Source of the DNA: a virus
Taxonomy: Duplodnaviria; Caudoviricetes
IMG/VR virus record: IMGVR_UViG_3300037721_000093
Span: 1-52,179 of that record
Strand: one strand, 5' to 3'
Length of the DNA stretch: 52,179 nt
The translations under genes and the position numbers were made by a program. The notes beneath the pieces were generated by a model. It worked only from the letters and a program-made list of their open reading frames with translations. It was not told where the DNA came from and searched no databases. Positions 8,994-18,474 of this stretch are shown piece after piece. Position 1 is the stretch's first letter; every line of letters begins with the position of its first letter.

Positions 8994-9548
8994 ATGGATC
9001 TGAACGCACTGATCAGCAATTTCAAAGAGAAGCAGGGAACCATGCCGCAGGTGAATCCGCTGGCGGCGGCGAAGGTGCTCGAGGCGCAAACGAAGCCGGA
9101 AGTAGCGGGCCAGCCCGAGCCCGCAACTGCTGCAAGTGCGGCCGTGCCGGTTGCCTCTGCGACGGCGACGGGTACACCTGCCAGCACTGCAGGCTCTTCT
9201 GCACCGGCTGAGCCTGCCGTCGAAGGTAAAGCGCGCCGGACCGCCGCGGTCGTGCAAGCTGAGCTCGATCAGGCGCAAGCCGAGCTCGCTCAGACGAAGG
9301 CGGCACTGAAAACCGCCGAAAGTCGTGAGCTGGACGCTCAGAATCAGCTCGTTACGGCCCGGCTCGTGATCGACGAGACGAAAGCCGAGCTCGCGAAGGC
9401 GGTCGAGTTTGCTCAGTCGGTCGTTGCCGACAACGCACGGCTCGCTGAAGTCGAGCCGGCCGCAGTCGGTACGCCCGCAACGGTCGAGTCGGCGTCAGAC
9501 TTCCTGAAGACGCGCGGCTTCGGCATCTTCACGCTGGGCGGGTCATGA
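8994..9548 (+). CDS. Ala-rich coiled-coil hypothetical protein
   Basis: GGGAG SD; 184-aa ORF in operon. Confidence 0.6.
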   Translation: MDLNALISNFKEKQGTMPQVNPLAAAKVLEAQTKPEVAGQPEPATAASAAVPVASATATGTPASTAGSSAPAEPAVEGKARRTAAVVQAELDQAQAELAQTKAALKTAESRELDAQNQLVTARLVIDETKAELAKAVEFAQSVVADNARLAEVEPAAVGTPATVESASDFLKTRGFGIFTLGGS

Positions 9549-9973
9549 AAACTCCAGCTAATACGTGGCCAGTCGTTTACGCGGTCGTTGAAGAGCGCAA
9601 GCGCCAGGAAGGCCTGAAAGCGGCCGGTAAGTTCTCCGCGACGTGCGCCGACGCCGAGCTGAGCGACGCGGATTGCTTCTCGGTCTTGGCTGAAGAAGTC
9701 GGCGAAGCTGCCGACGAGCTGCTCGCGCTGCTCTTGACCGTCAAGCTCGGCCGCGTCGGTCACACGGTCAACGAAGCGATCCAGCGCCCGCGCGACCCGC
9801 GGAAGCTCCACACCGAGCTTGTGCAGGTTGCTGCTGTCGCGGTCGCTTGGTGCGAGCGGCTCAGCGCGGAGATCGCGGCGCTGGATGAGCAGGCCGCGCA
9901 GGATATGCGCGACCTAGTTTTGATGGGCGAGCGCCCGCCGGCCGATTACGACTTCGAGCCCGAATCGGTCTGA
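9545..9973 (+). CDS. MazG-like all-alpha NTP pyrophosphohydrolase
   Basis: EERKRQ, LAEEVGEAA, ELVQVAAVAVAW. Confidence 0.7.
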   Translation: MKTPANTWPVVYAVVEERKRQEGLKAAGKFSATCADAELSDADCFSVLAEEVGEAADELLALLLTVKLGRVGHTVNEAIQRPRDPRKLHTELVQVAAVAVAWCERLSAEIAALDEQAAQDMRDLVLMGERPPADYDFEPESV

Positions 9974-9976
9974 ACA

Positions 9977-11698
9977 GTGTCGCGGATCAGCGAGCTTCCC
10001 GAGCGCGATTGGAAGATTGACGTCGAACCCTACGTCGACGCGCTTTCTCTCGCGCTCCGGGAGCCGGACCGACCCGACGGCCGCTTACGCCCGCCCCAGG
10101 CGGCCTTCCTGCTCGAGGGGGCGCCGAGCGCGGAGCACCGCGCCGGCGCCTTCATCCAGGGCCGCGTCGGCATCGGCAAAACGCTGGCGCTCGTTTTGGC
10201 GGCGCTCGTCTGGCGATGTCAGCGCCCGCTGATCGTGGCACCTGGGGGCATCCTGAGAGAAATGATGGGCCACGTCGAGCAGCTGCGCCGCGCGGGCTGG
10301 CGCATCCCAGTCGACCTGATGTTCCTGAGCTACTCGGTGGTTAGCCGATACCCTGCGACCGGCCAGCGGCTCGAAGATCTCTGGGGCGGGCTCGGCCCTG
10401 ACGGGATCTTCCCGGACGAAGTTGACAAGCTCTCGAATCTCGGCGGCCGCGGCGGCTCGAAGATTGGGAGCGCCGTCGCGCGGCTCTTCGCGGACTACCG
10501 AGCAGCGCATCCGTCCTGCATCTGGGGAGCGGCGACTGGCACGAGCGACCGCTACGGCATGCGGGATTACTGGCACGTCATCGACTGGTGCCTGGGCGAC
10601 CGAAGTCCGCTCCCGCGCGACCTGAGCGAGCTCGAGATCTGGGCGCGCGTCATCGACGACGGCTCAGAGTTCGACGCGCCGTGGGTCGGCGAGCAGCTCG
10701 ATCCGGTGCGGAAGCCAAAGACCGTCAAGGCGGTCCGCGCAGCATACAAGGCTCGGCTGCGAGCGACGCCGGGCGTCATAGTGGCAGATGATCAGTACAT
10801 CGCGGTTCCGTTGACCGTGACCGAGACCGCGGTAGCCACGCCTGAGCTCGACGAGCATTTTCTGAAGCTCCGAGAGCTCTGGCAGCGGCCCGACGGGCTC
10901 GACCTGCTTCCGGACCGCGATCCGAATTCTGATCCCGACCGAGTCGAGGGGTCAATTTGGGCCGTCGCGCGGCGGATGGCTCGAGGGCTCTGCTATGTGC
11001 TCGATCCGCTTCCGCCTTTGGAGTGGCGGGCGGCCCGCCGCGGCTACTTCAGCTACGCGCGGTCGCTGCTCGAGCAAGGGCTCTTCTACACCGAGCTGCA
11101 GGTTCGGCAGCACGCGATTTCGACCGACGCGCCCGCTTGGCTGGACTGGGCGGCGATCGAAGACTCATACGATCCGAAAGAGCACCAAAAGACCTTGTGG
11201 CTCAGCCGCCGAGCGCTGGAGTTCGCCGCGAACTGGGGCTCGCGCGATGGCGGCGGCGTCATCATGACCGAGTCGACGGCGTTTGCGGTCGAACTCGCGC
11301 GGATGACGGGCTGGACGTTCTATGGCTCGCTCGGCTACTCGCGCTCAGGTCAGTATATCGAGGACGCGCCGGCGCGGACGCCGATCATCGCTTCGCGGAA
11401 GGCGAACGGGACGGGGCGCAACCTGCAATACCGCTGGAACCGGATGCTCTTTGAGCAGGTTCCCGCTCAGTCCGCTGAGACTGAGCAGAACATGGGCCGC
11501 ATTCATCGCGAGGGGCTTGAGACTTGGAGCAAGACTTGCGACGTCGAGATCATGATCGGATGCCAGGAAGATCTTGCCGCAGTCGCGAAAATCTTCGCTG
11601 GCGCGCACCGCACCGCTGAGTCAATCTATGACGTGAAGGCGCTACATGCCAAATGGCATCGAGCGCAGAACATCCCAAAAACACCAGCATTCCAATAG
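9977..11698 (+). CDS. SF2 (SNF2-like) helicase
   Basis: GRVGIGKT, DEVDKL, ATGT, GTGRNLQ, EQNMGRIHREG. Confidence 0.8.
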   Translation: MSRISELPERDWKIDVEPYVDALSLALREPDRPDGRLRPPQAAFLLEGAPSAEHRAGAFIQGRVGIGKTLALVLAALVWRCQRPLIVAPGGILREMMGHVEQLRRAGWRIPVDLMFLSYSVVSRYPATGQRLEDLWGGLGPDGIFPDEVDKLSNLGGRGGSKIGSAVARLFADYRAAHPSCIWGAATGTSDRYGMRDYWHVIDWCLGDRSPLPRDLSELEIWARVIDDGSEFDAPWVGEQLDPVRKPKTVKAVRAAYKARLRATPGVIVADDQYIAVPLTVTETAVATPELDEHFLKLRELWQRPDGLDLLPDRDPNSDPDRVEGSIWAVARRMARGLCYVLDPLPPLEWRAARRGYFSYARSLLEQGLFYTELQVRQHAISTDAPAWLDWAAIEDSYDPKEHQKTLWLSRRALEFAANWGSRDGGGVIMTESTAFAVELARMTGWTFYGSLGYSRSGQYIEDAPARTPIIASRKANGTGRNLQYRWNRMLFEQVPAQSAETEQNMGRIHREGLETWSKTCDVEIMIGCQEDLAAVAKIFAGAHRTAESIYDVKALHAKWHRAQNIPKTPAFQ

Positions 11699-11708
11699 GA
11701 CCTAGACC

Positions 11709-12350
11709 ATGGCCAAAGAGAAGAAAGAACAGTGCGCTCCCATCATTCCGGACGTCAATCGCGACGAAGTGAAGAACCGTCAGCTCGGGACGCCGTCCCT
11801 CGATTTCTTCGCGTTCGGTCGCTTCCGCTGCGCGTTGAAGCTCTGGGACTTCTTCACGAGCGATCTTGGCGCACACTTTTACAAGGCGGAATTTACCGTC
11901 TTGGAGATTGACGCCGACATGAGCGAGCTCGCCCAGAAATATAACAAGTGCGTCTTGCTCGAGAACGGCGGCATGAAGTTCCTGGCGTCGAAGGACAAGT
12001 CGGAAAAGCGCTTGCAGCTCGGCGATCGAGTTAGCTTGCTCTTCCCGGTCGGTCGCGCCTCGGACCTCAAAGATCCTTCTCGGACGATTCGTGACGACGA
12101 CAAGATCGCAGGCTTCATCGCGACGATCCACAAGACGACGAAAGCTGCGCCCGGCTACGACGGCATCGCTTCGCTGAAGAAGCTGAACGAGCTGAAGAAG
12201 ATCGACAGCGACGCCGTGCAATTCATTTTCGACCGCCGTCCGAACGAAGTCGAAAAAGAGATCATCGATCCTGAGACGAATCAGGTCATGAAGACTTATT
12301 TCAAGTGCTTCAGTCGAGACAGCTTTGAGATCGTGCCGGCCGCGGCGTAA
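11709..12350 (+). CDS. Hypothetical replication-module protein (possible SSB by position)
   Basis: AGGA SD; lies between helicase and polymerase; function is a positional guess only. Confidence 0.55.
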   Translation: MAKEKKEQCAPIIPDVNRDEVKNRQLGTPSLDFFAFGRFRCALKLWDFFTSDLGAHFYKAEFTVLEIDADMSELAQKYNKCVLLENGGMKFLASKDKSEKRLQLGDRVSLLFPVGRASDLKDPSRTIRDDDKIAGFIATIHKTTKAAPGYDGIASLKKLNELKKIDSDAVQFIFDRRPNEVEKEIIDPETNQVMKTYFKCFSRDSFEIVPAAA

Positions 12351-12614
12351 CAGATCCAACAGAGCGGTACGGGGCGATCGGGGTTAGCTGCGGCCCGCTT
12401 GCGGAAAGCTGGCAACTAGCTGCCTGACAGCCGGGAAAGACCGGCAACTCTACTGCTCGGTAGACAACGTCATTCAGGCCGGCACGCCGGCTATGGCGGA
12501 TGACGGAACGAGCATGGCCGTCGCGGCTGAGAGTCTACAGCGACGAGCCCGGCATTCTGAGCCGTAAGCAACAGCGAGATCCAGGCGAGCTGAAAATCAG
12601 AGGCTGGACTTTTT
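12351..12614 (+). ncRNA. Candidate structured intergenic RNA
   Basis: Nested stems 12454-59/12509-14, 12468-75/12498-505, 12477-83/12486-92 and hairpin GCCGG-GAAAGA-CCGGC at 12430-45. Confidence 0.4.
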
Positions 12615-12854
12615 ATGGCGAGACGACGAACCTGCAACCATTGCGGCAAAGCCGCGGGCCCAAAAGGCCAGTGTCAGTCGTGCGCTCGGGCGTTCTACGT
12701 TCCGAAGCACGACGGCATCAGCGACGCGGACGACGTGGCCGGCATCGTGCGCAGCGTGCCGACGGCGGACGGCTATGAGACGTTCGTCCAGACCCGCCGC
12801 AGCCGGAAGCGCATTGTCAACGACGCGCGCGGGGATTTCATCTTGAAGGTGTGA
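12615..12854 (+). CDS. Small Zn-ribbon-like protein
   Basis: CNHC...CQSC. Confidence 0.55.
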   Translation: MARRRTCNHCGKAAGPKGQCQSCARAFYVPKHDGISDADDVAGIVRSVPTADGYETFVQTRRSRKRIVNDARGDFILKV

Positions 12855-13141
12855 GCATGAGCCATCACGGCAGAGAATATGAAGACGACGATCGCGACTG
12901 CAGGGATTGCGCCGCGATCGGTAACAAGTTCGGGACGGCGGTCGAGCTGATCAAAGCGATCGCGAATGGCCTTAGAGTCGGAGATCGCGGGCGCGGATTG
13001 ACGCCTCAGACGGCCTGCGACACCTGGCTCGAGAGCAACGGCTTTGAATGTCAGGCTTCGAAGAAGCGTCAGCGCGAGCGGCGCGCCGAGCAGCTCGATG
13101 CTGAGATCGCGAAGTTGCGAGCCGAGCGCGCCAAGCTATGA
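12851..13141 (+). CDS. Hypothetical protein
   Basis: GTGA overlap; CRDC; C-terminal coiled coil. Confidence 0.55.
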   Translation: MSMSHHGREYEDDDRDCRDCAAIGNKFGTAVELIKAIANGLRVGDRGRGLTPQTACDTWLESNGFECQASKKRQRERRAEQLDAEIAKLRAERAKL

Positions 13142-13178
13142 GCTTTGACCCGCGCCCGGCTCTTGTGGACTCATCGAA

Positions 13179-15158
13179 ATGATGGATCCGCGCGACGAGA
13201 TCAACATTCAAGCCTGCGTCGCAATCGACTCCGAAACGTGTCTCATCCGTGCGGGATTGCCCGCGCCGCCGGTCGTTTGCTTGGCGACCTGGGAAGGCAG
13301 GGAATCCAAACCGGTTCTGTACGGCGCGCATGAGCTCTATCGCCCGCTCGCCGAGCTGCTCGACGATGAGCGCCGCCTGATCGTCGCTCACAACGGCGCG
13401 TATGACTTCGCGTGCTTTCTGGAGTGGTACCCGGATCTCCGGCCAGCGATCTATCGCGCCTATGAAGCGAACCGCATTCTGGACACGATGCTCGCGCAAC
13501 GTATCGTCGAGATCGAGACCGGCGACAAGCGCGGCAAACTCGCGCTCGATCAGCTCTGCGCCCGCTACGGCTTGCACGTCGAGAAAGGCGCGCGCAGCGG
13601 CGGCGACCCGGACGACGAGGACTCGGGCGACGTCATCCGGCTCGGCTTCGGCAAGTTCTGGGGCCGGCCTGCCGCGGAGATCCCTTTAGACTACTCGGAC
13701 TACGCGCTCGGCGACCCGGTCGTCACGTCGAAGCTCTTCGAGCGCATTCTCTCGCGCCAGCTCGTCAAGCGGCGGGACCTGGGCAAGTTCGCGCGCTCTG
13801 ACCTGGCGCTGAAGTTCATCGCCGCGGAAGGTCTCATGTGTGATCCGGAGCGTGTCACGGCGCTCGAGAAGCAAGCCGTCGAGCGTCGCGGCATCCTGAC
13901 GGCCGAGCTCCAAGCGGCGCGGCTCGTGCGCTTCGACCGGAAGTCTCCAGACCCGGTCAAAAACATGGCTCGCATCAAAAAGCGGGTCGCCGAAGCCTTT
14001 GAGCTCCCGCACTCGTTCATCGAAGAACAGCTGACTCGTACTGGCTCGATCAAAAAAGCCGCGCAGTGCGAGTACAATGGTTCCGACGCCTTCTTCGAAG
14101 ACCTGCTGACGCAAGGCGTTCTGACCGAGAAAGGTAACATCTCGACGGGGCGGCTCGTGCTCGAAGAGAGCGGCGATCCACTGCTGGCGGCGTTAGCAGA
14201 GTTCAACGAATGGGGCGCCGTCTGGAATAAAGATCTGCCGATTTTCCGCGCGGCGACCGAAGTCCCTTTTCACACGCGATTCGGCTTCGCGGCAACGACC
14301 CGCACGACTTCATCCGGCCCGAACATTCAGAACTTCCGGAAGAAGGCAGGCATCCGCGAGTGCATCTGGTCGCCCGGGAATGTTCTCGTCGCGACCGATT
14401 ATTCAGGGCTCGAGAACGCAACGCTGGCGCAAGTGATCGCTTGGGTACTCGGACGGAAGGCGCCTGCGGAGAAGTACTCATCAGGCTGGGACGACCACGC
14501 CGACGTCGCGCAGCACATTCTCGGCTGCTCATACGACGAGACGGTCGCGCGCGTTGCCGCTGGCGACAAGGATGCAAAGGAGGCGCGCGGCGCCGCGAAG
14601 CCTCTGAATTTCGGATTGCCCGGCTACATGACACGACCGAGCACGGTGCAGAGCTACGCGCGGATCGGCTATGGCGTGACACGCCCTGTCGAGTTCTGGG
14701 AAGGCATGATCGCGCTCTGGTACCGGACGCAGGTCGACAAGGTCGCCTACCTGAAAGAGTACGTCGACAACTTGAAGGCGGGCTCGACGTACAACGTTCC
14801 GATCCCGTCCACCGGGATCACTCGAAGGGGTGCAACGCGGACGGCAGCCGGAAACACGCCGTTCCAGGGACTCGGCGCCCAGGTCGCGCTAGAGGCGAGC
14901 TATCGAGTCACTCGGGAGCAAATGCTCGGCCGGATGCCGGGCAAGGCATGTGCGTTCGTTCACGACGAGATCATCAGCCGATGTCGGGAAGATCAGGTCG
15001 AAGAGTTGCGCGCGCTGCAAGAGCGAATCATGATTGACGCTGCACAAGACGTCATGCCCGACATTCGCATGCGGGTTGAGAGCGTCGCAATGCGGCACTG
15101 GGCTAAGAATGCGAAGCACAAGGTGATTGACGGAAGGTTGCAGGTCCAAAACGTATGA
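13179..15158 (+). CDS. polA: Family A DNA polymerase with 3'-5' exonuclease domain
   Basis: Exo motifs IDSET, HNGAYD, YALGD; TTRTTSSGPNIQN, motif A DYSGLE, motif B KPLNFG, motif C FVHDEI. Confidence 0.92.
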   Translation: MMDPRDEINIQACVAIDSETCLIRAGLPAPPVVCLATWEGRESKPVLYGAHELYRPLAELLDDERRLIVAHNGAYDFACFLEWYPDLRPAIYRAYEANRILDTMLAQRIVEIETGDKRGKLALDQLCARYGLHVEKGARSGGDPDDEDSGDVIRLGFGKFWGRPAAEIPLDYSDYALGDPVVTSKLFERILSRQLVKRRDLGKFARSDLALKFIAAEGLMCDPERVTALEKQAVERRGILTAELQAARLVRFDRKSPDPVKNMARIKKRVAEAFELPHSFIEEQLTRTGSIKKAAQCEYNGSDAFFEDLLTQGVLTEKGNISTGRLVLEESGDPLLAALAEFNEWGAVWNKDLPIFRAATEVPFHTRFGFAATTRTTSSGPNIQNFRKKAGIRECIWSPGNVLVATDYSGLENATLAQVIAWVLGRKAPAEKYSSGWDDHADVAQHILGCSYDETVARVAAGDKDAKEARGAAKPLNFGLPGYMTRPSTVQSYARIGYGVTRPVEFWEGMIALWYRTQVDKVAYLKEYVDNLKAGSTYNVPIPSTGITRRGATRTAAGNTPFQGLGAQVALEASYRVTREQMLGRMPGKACAFVHDEIISRCREDQVEELRALQERIMIDAAQDVMPDIRMRVESVAMRHWAKNAKHKVIDGRLQVQNV

Positions 15159-15634
15159 GCGAGAAGATTGACCCAACGGTCGAAATACATTACCCAATTG
15201 CGAGCGCGCTAGAAGCGAACGCCCGCCGCGGCGTCAATCCGAAAGATCTGATCGGCTCGACGAAGGTCGATCTCGCGCTCGTGCCGCCTGTCGGAATCGT
15301 TGCCTGCGCTCTCGCGATGACCGATGGCGCGCTGAAGTACGACCCGTATAACTGGCGCGAGCAGGGCAAGCCGGTCCAGGCTAGAACCTACGTCGCTGCG
15401 GCTCTGCGCCATCTCTACAGCTGGCTAGACGGCGAAGACGAGAGTGAGGACGCGGGCGTGAATCATCTCGGCCACGTGATGGCGTGCTGCGCCATCATTC
15501 TCGACGCTCAGTCGTGCGGGCAACTCGTCGACAACCGACCCGTACCAGGCGCGACGCCGAAGAAACTGAAGCAGGGATCAGCGACCGTGAAGAAGTTGAT
15601 CGAAGCTGCCGAAGCAAAAAAGGCGGCGAAGTGA
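15155..15634 (+). CDS. dATP/dGTP diphosphohydrolase domain protein (DUF5664-type)
   Basis: NPKD..G..K, GALKYDPYNWR, YVAAALRHL..W.DGED, NHLGH. Confidence 0.85.
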   Translation: MSEKIDPTVEIHYPIASALEANARRGVNPKDLIGSTKVDLALVPPVGIVACALAMTDGALKYDPYNWREQGKPVQARTYVAAALRHLYSWLDGEDESEDAGVNHLGHVMACCAIILDAQSCGQLVDNRPVPGATPKKLKQGSATVKKLIEAAEAKKAAK

Positions 15635-16110
15635 ATCCGCAGCTCGTCGGGACGCTGAGTCTCGCGCTGCTCGGCGTGCTCAGCGTCTTGTGGATGTTCT
15701 GGGATGGGCCCTACACGCGAGAGATCAAGCGCAAGCGCCCAGGCCGCTACTTGACGCGCTACGCGCTACGCGCCTTCGCGCCGAGCGGAAAAGGCCCGTG
15801 GCGGGTTTACCTGCATCAGTTCCACGGGGCGGATGACGACGGCGTTCACAATCACCCTTGGAAATGGGCCTTCAGCATCGTGCTGCGCGGCAGTTACACC
15901 GAGACGCTCATGTGCCCGTGCTGCGAAACGACAACAACGCGGCGCGTCCGTTGGTTCAACTGGATCACTTCGGACTGCTACCACCGGATCGAAGCGCTGC
16001 ACGGCAACGTCTGGACGTTGTTTTTCGCCGGGCCGCTGAGCGGCAAGGGCTGGGGCTTTTGGCGCGAAGGTCGGCACGTTCCGTTTGAAGAAACGATCGG
16101 GGAAAAATGA
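15631..16110 (+). CDS. Cupin-fold protein with N-terminal TM helix
   Basis: LHQF..DD..HNHPW..SIVLRGSYTE and YHRI...WTLF. Confidence 0.65.
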   Translation: MNPQLVGTLSLALLGVLSVLWMFWDGPYTREIKRKRPGRYLTRYALRAFAPSGKGPWRVYLHQFHGADDDGVHNHPWKWAFSIVLRGSYTETLMCPCCETTTTRRVRWFNWITSDCYHRIEALHGNVWTLFFAGPLSGKGWGFWREGRHVPFEETIGEK

Positions 16111-16580
16111 TCTTCCACATTTGCGACCCTGCGTCGAAGCCAAAAGACCGAGGCTTCGCTTCGAGCGTAGCCAGCCATCTTGTGAAATGGGGCGATAAAC
16201 CTGTCTGCAATATCATCGCCGACTGGGGCGTCGTCGAAGGTCAATGGGCTAATCCGAAGGCGTCGCGCCAGAGTTTGATCACGCTCGCGTCTCGAGCCGG
16301 ATTTTGTTTCACGCTCGTTCCTGCGCGCCGCTACGCGATGATCCCGCCGACAACGGTCCGAGTCGGGAAGCGTAAGTTAAAAGGCTGGAAGGACGTGCTG
16401 ATTCCTGGCTTCGGCAACGCTGCGGGCGACGTCTTTACTCGGAATATCGTCCAGCTGCTCGAGCGCATGAAGCATCCCGCCGCAGGCGAGACGAACCATA
16501 ACGTTTTGGACGCGATCGGCATCGCCCTTGCGATCCAGAAAGCCGGCGAAGAATGGCTCGCCGATTTTGAGATCACATGA
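16107..16580 (+). CDS. RuvC-like Holliday junction resolvase
   Basis: N-terminal ICDP, VVEGQ, WK, C-terminal DAIGIAL. Confidence 0.55.
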   Translation: MIFHICDPASKPKDRGFASSVASHLVKWGDKPVCNIIADWGVVEGQWANPKASRQSLITLASRAGFCFTLVPARRYAMIPPTTVRVGKRKLKGWKDVLIPGFGNAAGDVFTRNIVQLLERMKHPAAGETNHNVLDAIGIALAIQKAGEEWLADFEIT

Positions 16581-18250
16581 AGGCAAAATATACCCGAGCT
16601 CAGCTCGAAGCTGCGGTCGAGAAGCACGGTGGCATCCGCCCGGCAGGGCGCGCACTGAAGCTCAGCGAGGCGACGATTCGAGAACAGCTCGGACGCATGG
16701 GCCGCCGCGTCCGGCTCGTGAACGCGCCACCGCCCGCCGAGACGGGCCGCGTCAGCTACCGCAAGCCGCTCATCATGCCGCTCCCTGCGGAAGGACAGGT
16801 GGCCACTTATATCGTCACTGCGGCGCAGATTTCGACCGAAGTGCACCCGGAGTTCTGGTGGAACCTGCTCGCTTACCGGAAATTCCTAGGTGCGCAGCTG
16901 CTCGCTGCGACGCTGAGCTACGACCAACGGCACTACAGCCGCGCCGATCAGGTCAAGTCGCGCTCTGAAGTTGAGCGCGAGTTGAAAAACCTGACGCCAG
17001 AGCAAAAGCGCAACTGCTCCGCGCTCGGCGTTTGGATCGCCGACGCAGTCAAGCCCTACGTCAGCAACCAGCGAATCAAGCTCGCTCCGACGCTCCAATG
17101 GTGCGGCGAGCTCAATATTCTTCCGACTGCCGTGCGCCCGCTGAACGGGCTCGAAGGCTACACCGGCGCGGACTCGACGATCGTGCCGCATACGAAGCTC
17201 GCGCTGGAAAGCGTCCCGACCGGGCGCTATGAGCCGACGAAGTTCCTCTACTCGACGGGCGCATGTACGTTGCGCAATTACGTCCAGAAGCGCGCGGGCC
17301 AGGTCGCTGAGTTCCACCACGCCTATGCTGCCCTGATCGTCGAAGTGCTCTCTGACGGGCGATGGTTCGTTCGCCAGCTGAACGCGACGAGCGACGGCGC
17401 CTTCCAGGATCTGACCCGGCGCATCTCGGGTGGCCGCGTTACGACGAACGAGCCTGTCGCCGGCATCCAATGGGGCGACATTCACGCCGCGGCGATGGAT
17501 CCGGACGTGCGCGAGCTCTGCTGGTGCCCGCGGCGCCGCGGCGTCGTCAGCGTGATTGACGCGCTTCAGCCGACCTGGCAGTTCTTCAATGACCTGCTTG
17601 ATTTCCACTCGGCGAGCCATCACGAGCGGAAGAGCGCCCGCAAGCGCCATCAGCGTTGGAATCGAAATCAGGCGAACGTTCAGCGCGAAGTCGACGCGAC
17701 GGCCGAGTTCCTGCTCTACTCGAATCGATCCTGGTGTACTGGCATCGTCGTGCCGAGCAACCACGACGAGCACGGCGATCGCTGGCTCGACGAAGGCGAT
17801 CCGCTCGCCGACCCAGCGAACTCGACACTCTGGCACTCCGCGAACGTTGCGGCGCGTCTTGCCGAGGAGCAAGGCGATCACGAGTGGACTTTTGCCCGCT
17901 GGGCCCTGGCTCGAGCTCCCGTGCGGTGGCTGAGGCGCGACGAAGGTTTCGTCTTGCATGAGATCGAGATGGGTTGGCACGGCGACCTAGGGCCCAACGG
18001 AGCTCGCGGCTCGACAGCTTCGCTGATTCGCACTTGCCGACGGCTCTCGAAAGGTCATGATCACGTGGCGACGATTCGCGATGGCGTCTACTCCGCGGGC
18101 GTTTGCGCGCGGACGCTGGACTATGCCCGCGGCCCGAGCAGCTGGAGCATCAGTCACGTGGTGATTTACCCGAACGGGAAGCGCTGTATTTTGACGCAAA
18201 ACGGAAATGCATACTGGGCGCCGCGGGCGCGAAAGCGAGCAGGAAAATGA
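16577..18250 (+). CDS. Calcineurin-like metallophosphoesterase with N-terminal HTH
   Basis: GGIRPAGRALKLSEATIR HTH; GDIH, DLLD, SNHD, HGD, GHDH. Confidence 0.75.
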   Translation: MKAKYTRAQLEAAVEKHGGIRPAGRALKLSEATIREQLGRMGRRVRLVNAPPPAETGRVSYRKPLIMPLPAEGQVATYIVTAAQISTEVHPEFWWNLLAYRKFLGAQLLAATLSYDQRHYSRADQVKSRSEVERELKNLTPEQKRNCSALGVWIADAVKPYVSNQRIKLAPTLQWCGELNILPTAVRPLNGLEGYTGADSTIVPHTKLALESVPTGRYEPTKFLYSTGACTLRNYVQKRAGQVAEFHHAYAALIVEVLSDGRWFVRQLNATSDGAFQDLTRRISGGRVTTNEPVAGIQWGDIHAAAMDPDVRELCWCPRRRGVVSVIDALQPTWQFFNDLLDFHSASHHERKSARKRHQRWNRNQANVQREVDATAEFLLYSNRSWCTGIVVPSNHDEHGDRWLDEGDPLADPANSTLWHSANVAARLAEEQGDHEWTFARWALARAPVRWLRRDEGFVLHEIEMGWHGDLGPNGARGSTASLIRTCRRLSKGHDHVATIRDGVYSAGVCARTLDYARGPSSWSISHVVIYPNGKRCILTQNGNAYWAPRARKRAGK

Positions 18251-18474
18251 ACGAAGAATCGTATAAGAGCGAAATTAGCAATCCGCTTTCCGGCGCTCTC
18301 TCTGTTCGCGCGCGCCAAGCAAAATGTCGAGTGGCCGCGGGTGTTACGCCCGATAAAACCTCGATTCGAGTCGGCGTGCTTTTCAACGGACACGAAACCA
18401 GCGTCGTTTTGACGAAGGAAAACGCGATCACTTTTGCAGGGCACATTTTGAATCTGATCGGAGGTTTGAAATGA
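18247..18474 (+). CDS. Hypothetical protein
   Basis: ATGA-coupled on both sides. Confidence 0.55.
   Translation: MNEESYKSEISNPLSGALSVRARQAKCRVAAGVTPDKTSIRVGVLFNGHETSVVLTKENAITFAGHILNLIGGLK

Noticed and set aside
12520-12550. Hammerhead-like CTGAGAGTC..GACGAG
   Set aside because: Lacks the N7 position and the GAAA core
13179-15634. 2-aminoadenine (Z) or 7-deazaguanine genome
   Set aside because: No PurZ, DatZ-like HD, QueC/D/E, FolE or DpdA motifs recognised
16886-17980. Long antisense ORFs (also 2471-3367, 44569-45447, 46763-47767)
   Set aside because: Expected opposite real genes in high-GC DNA; no motifs
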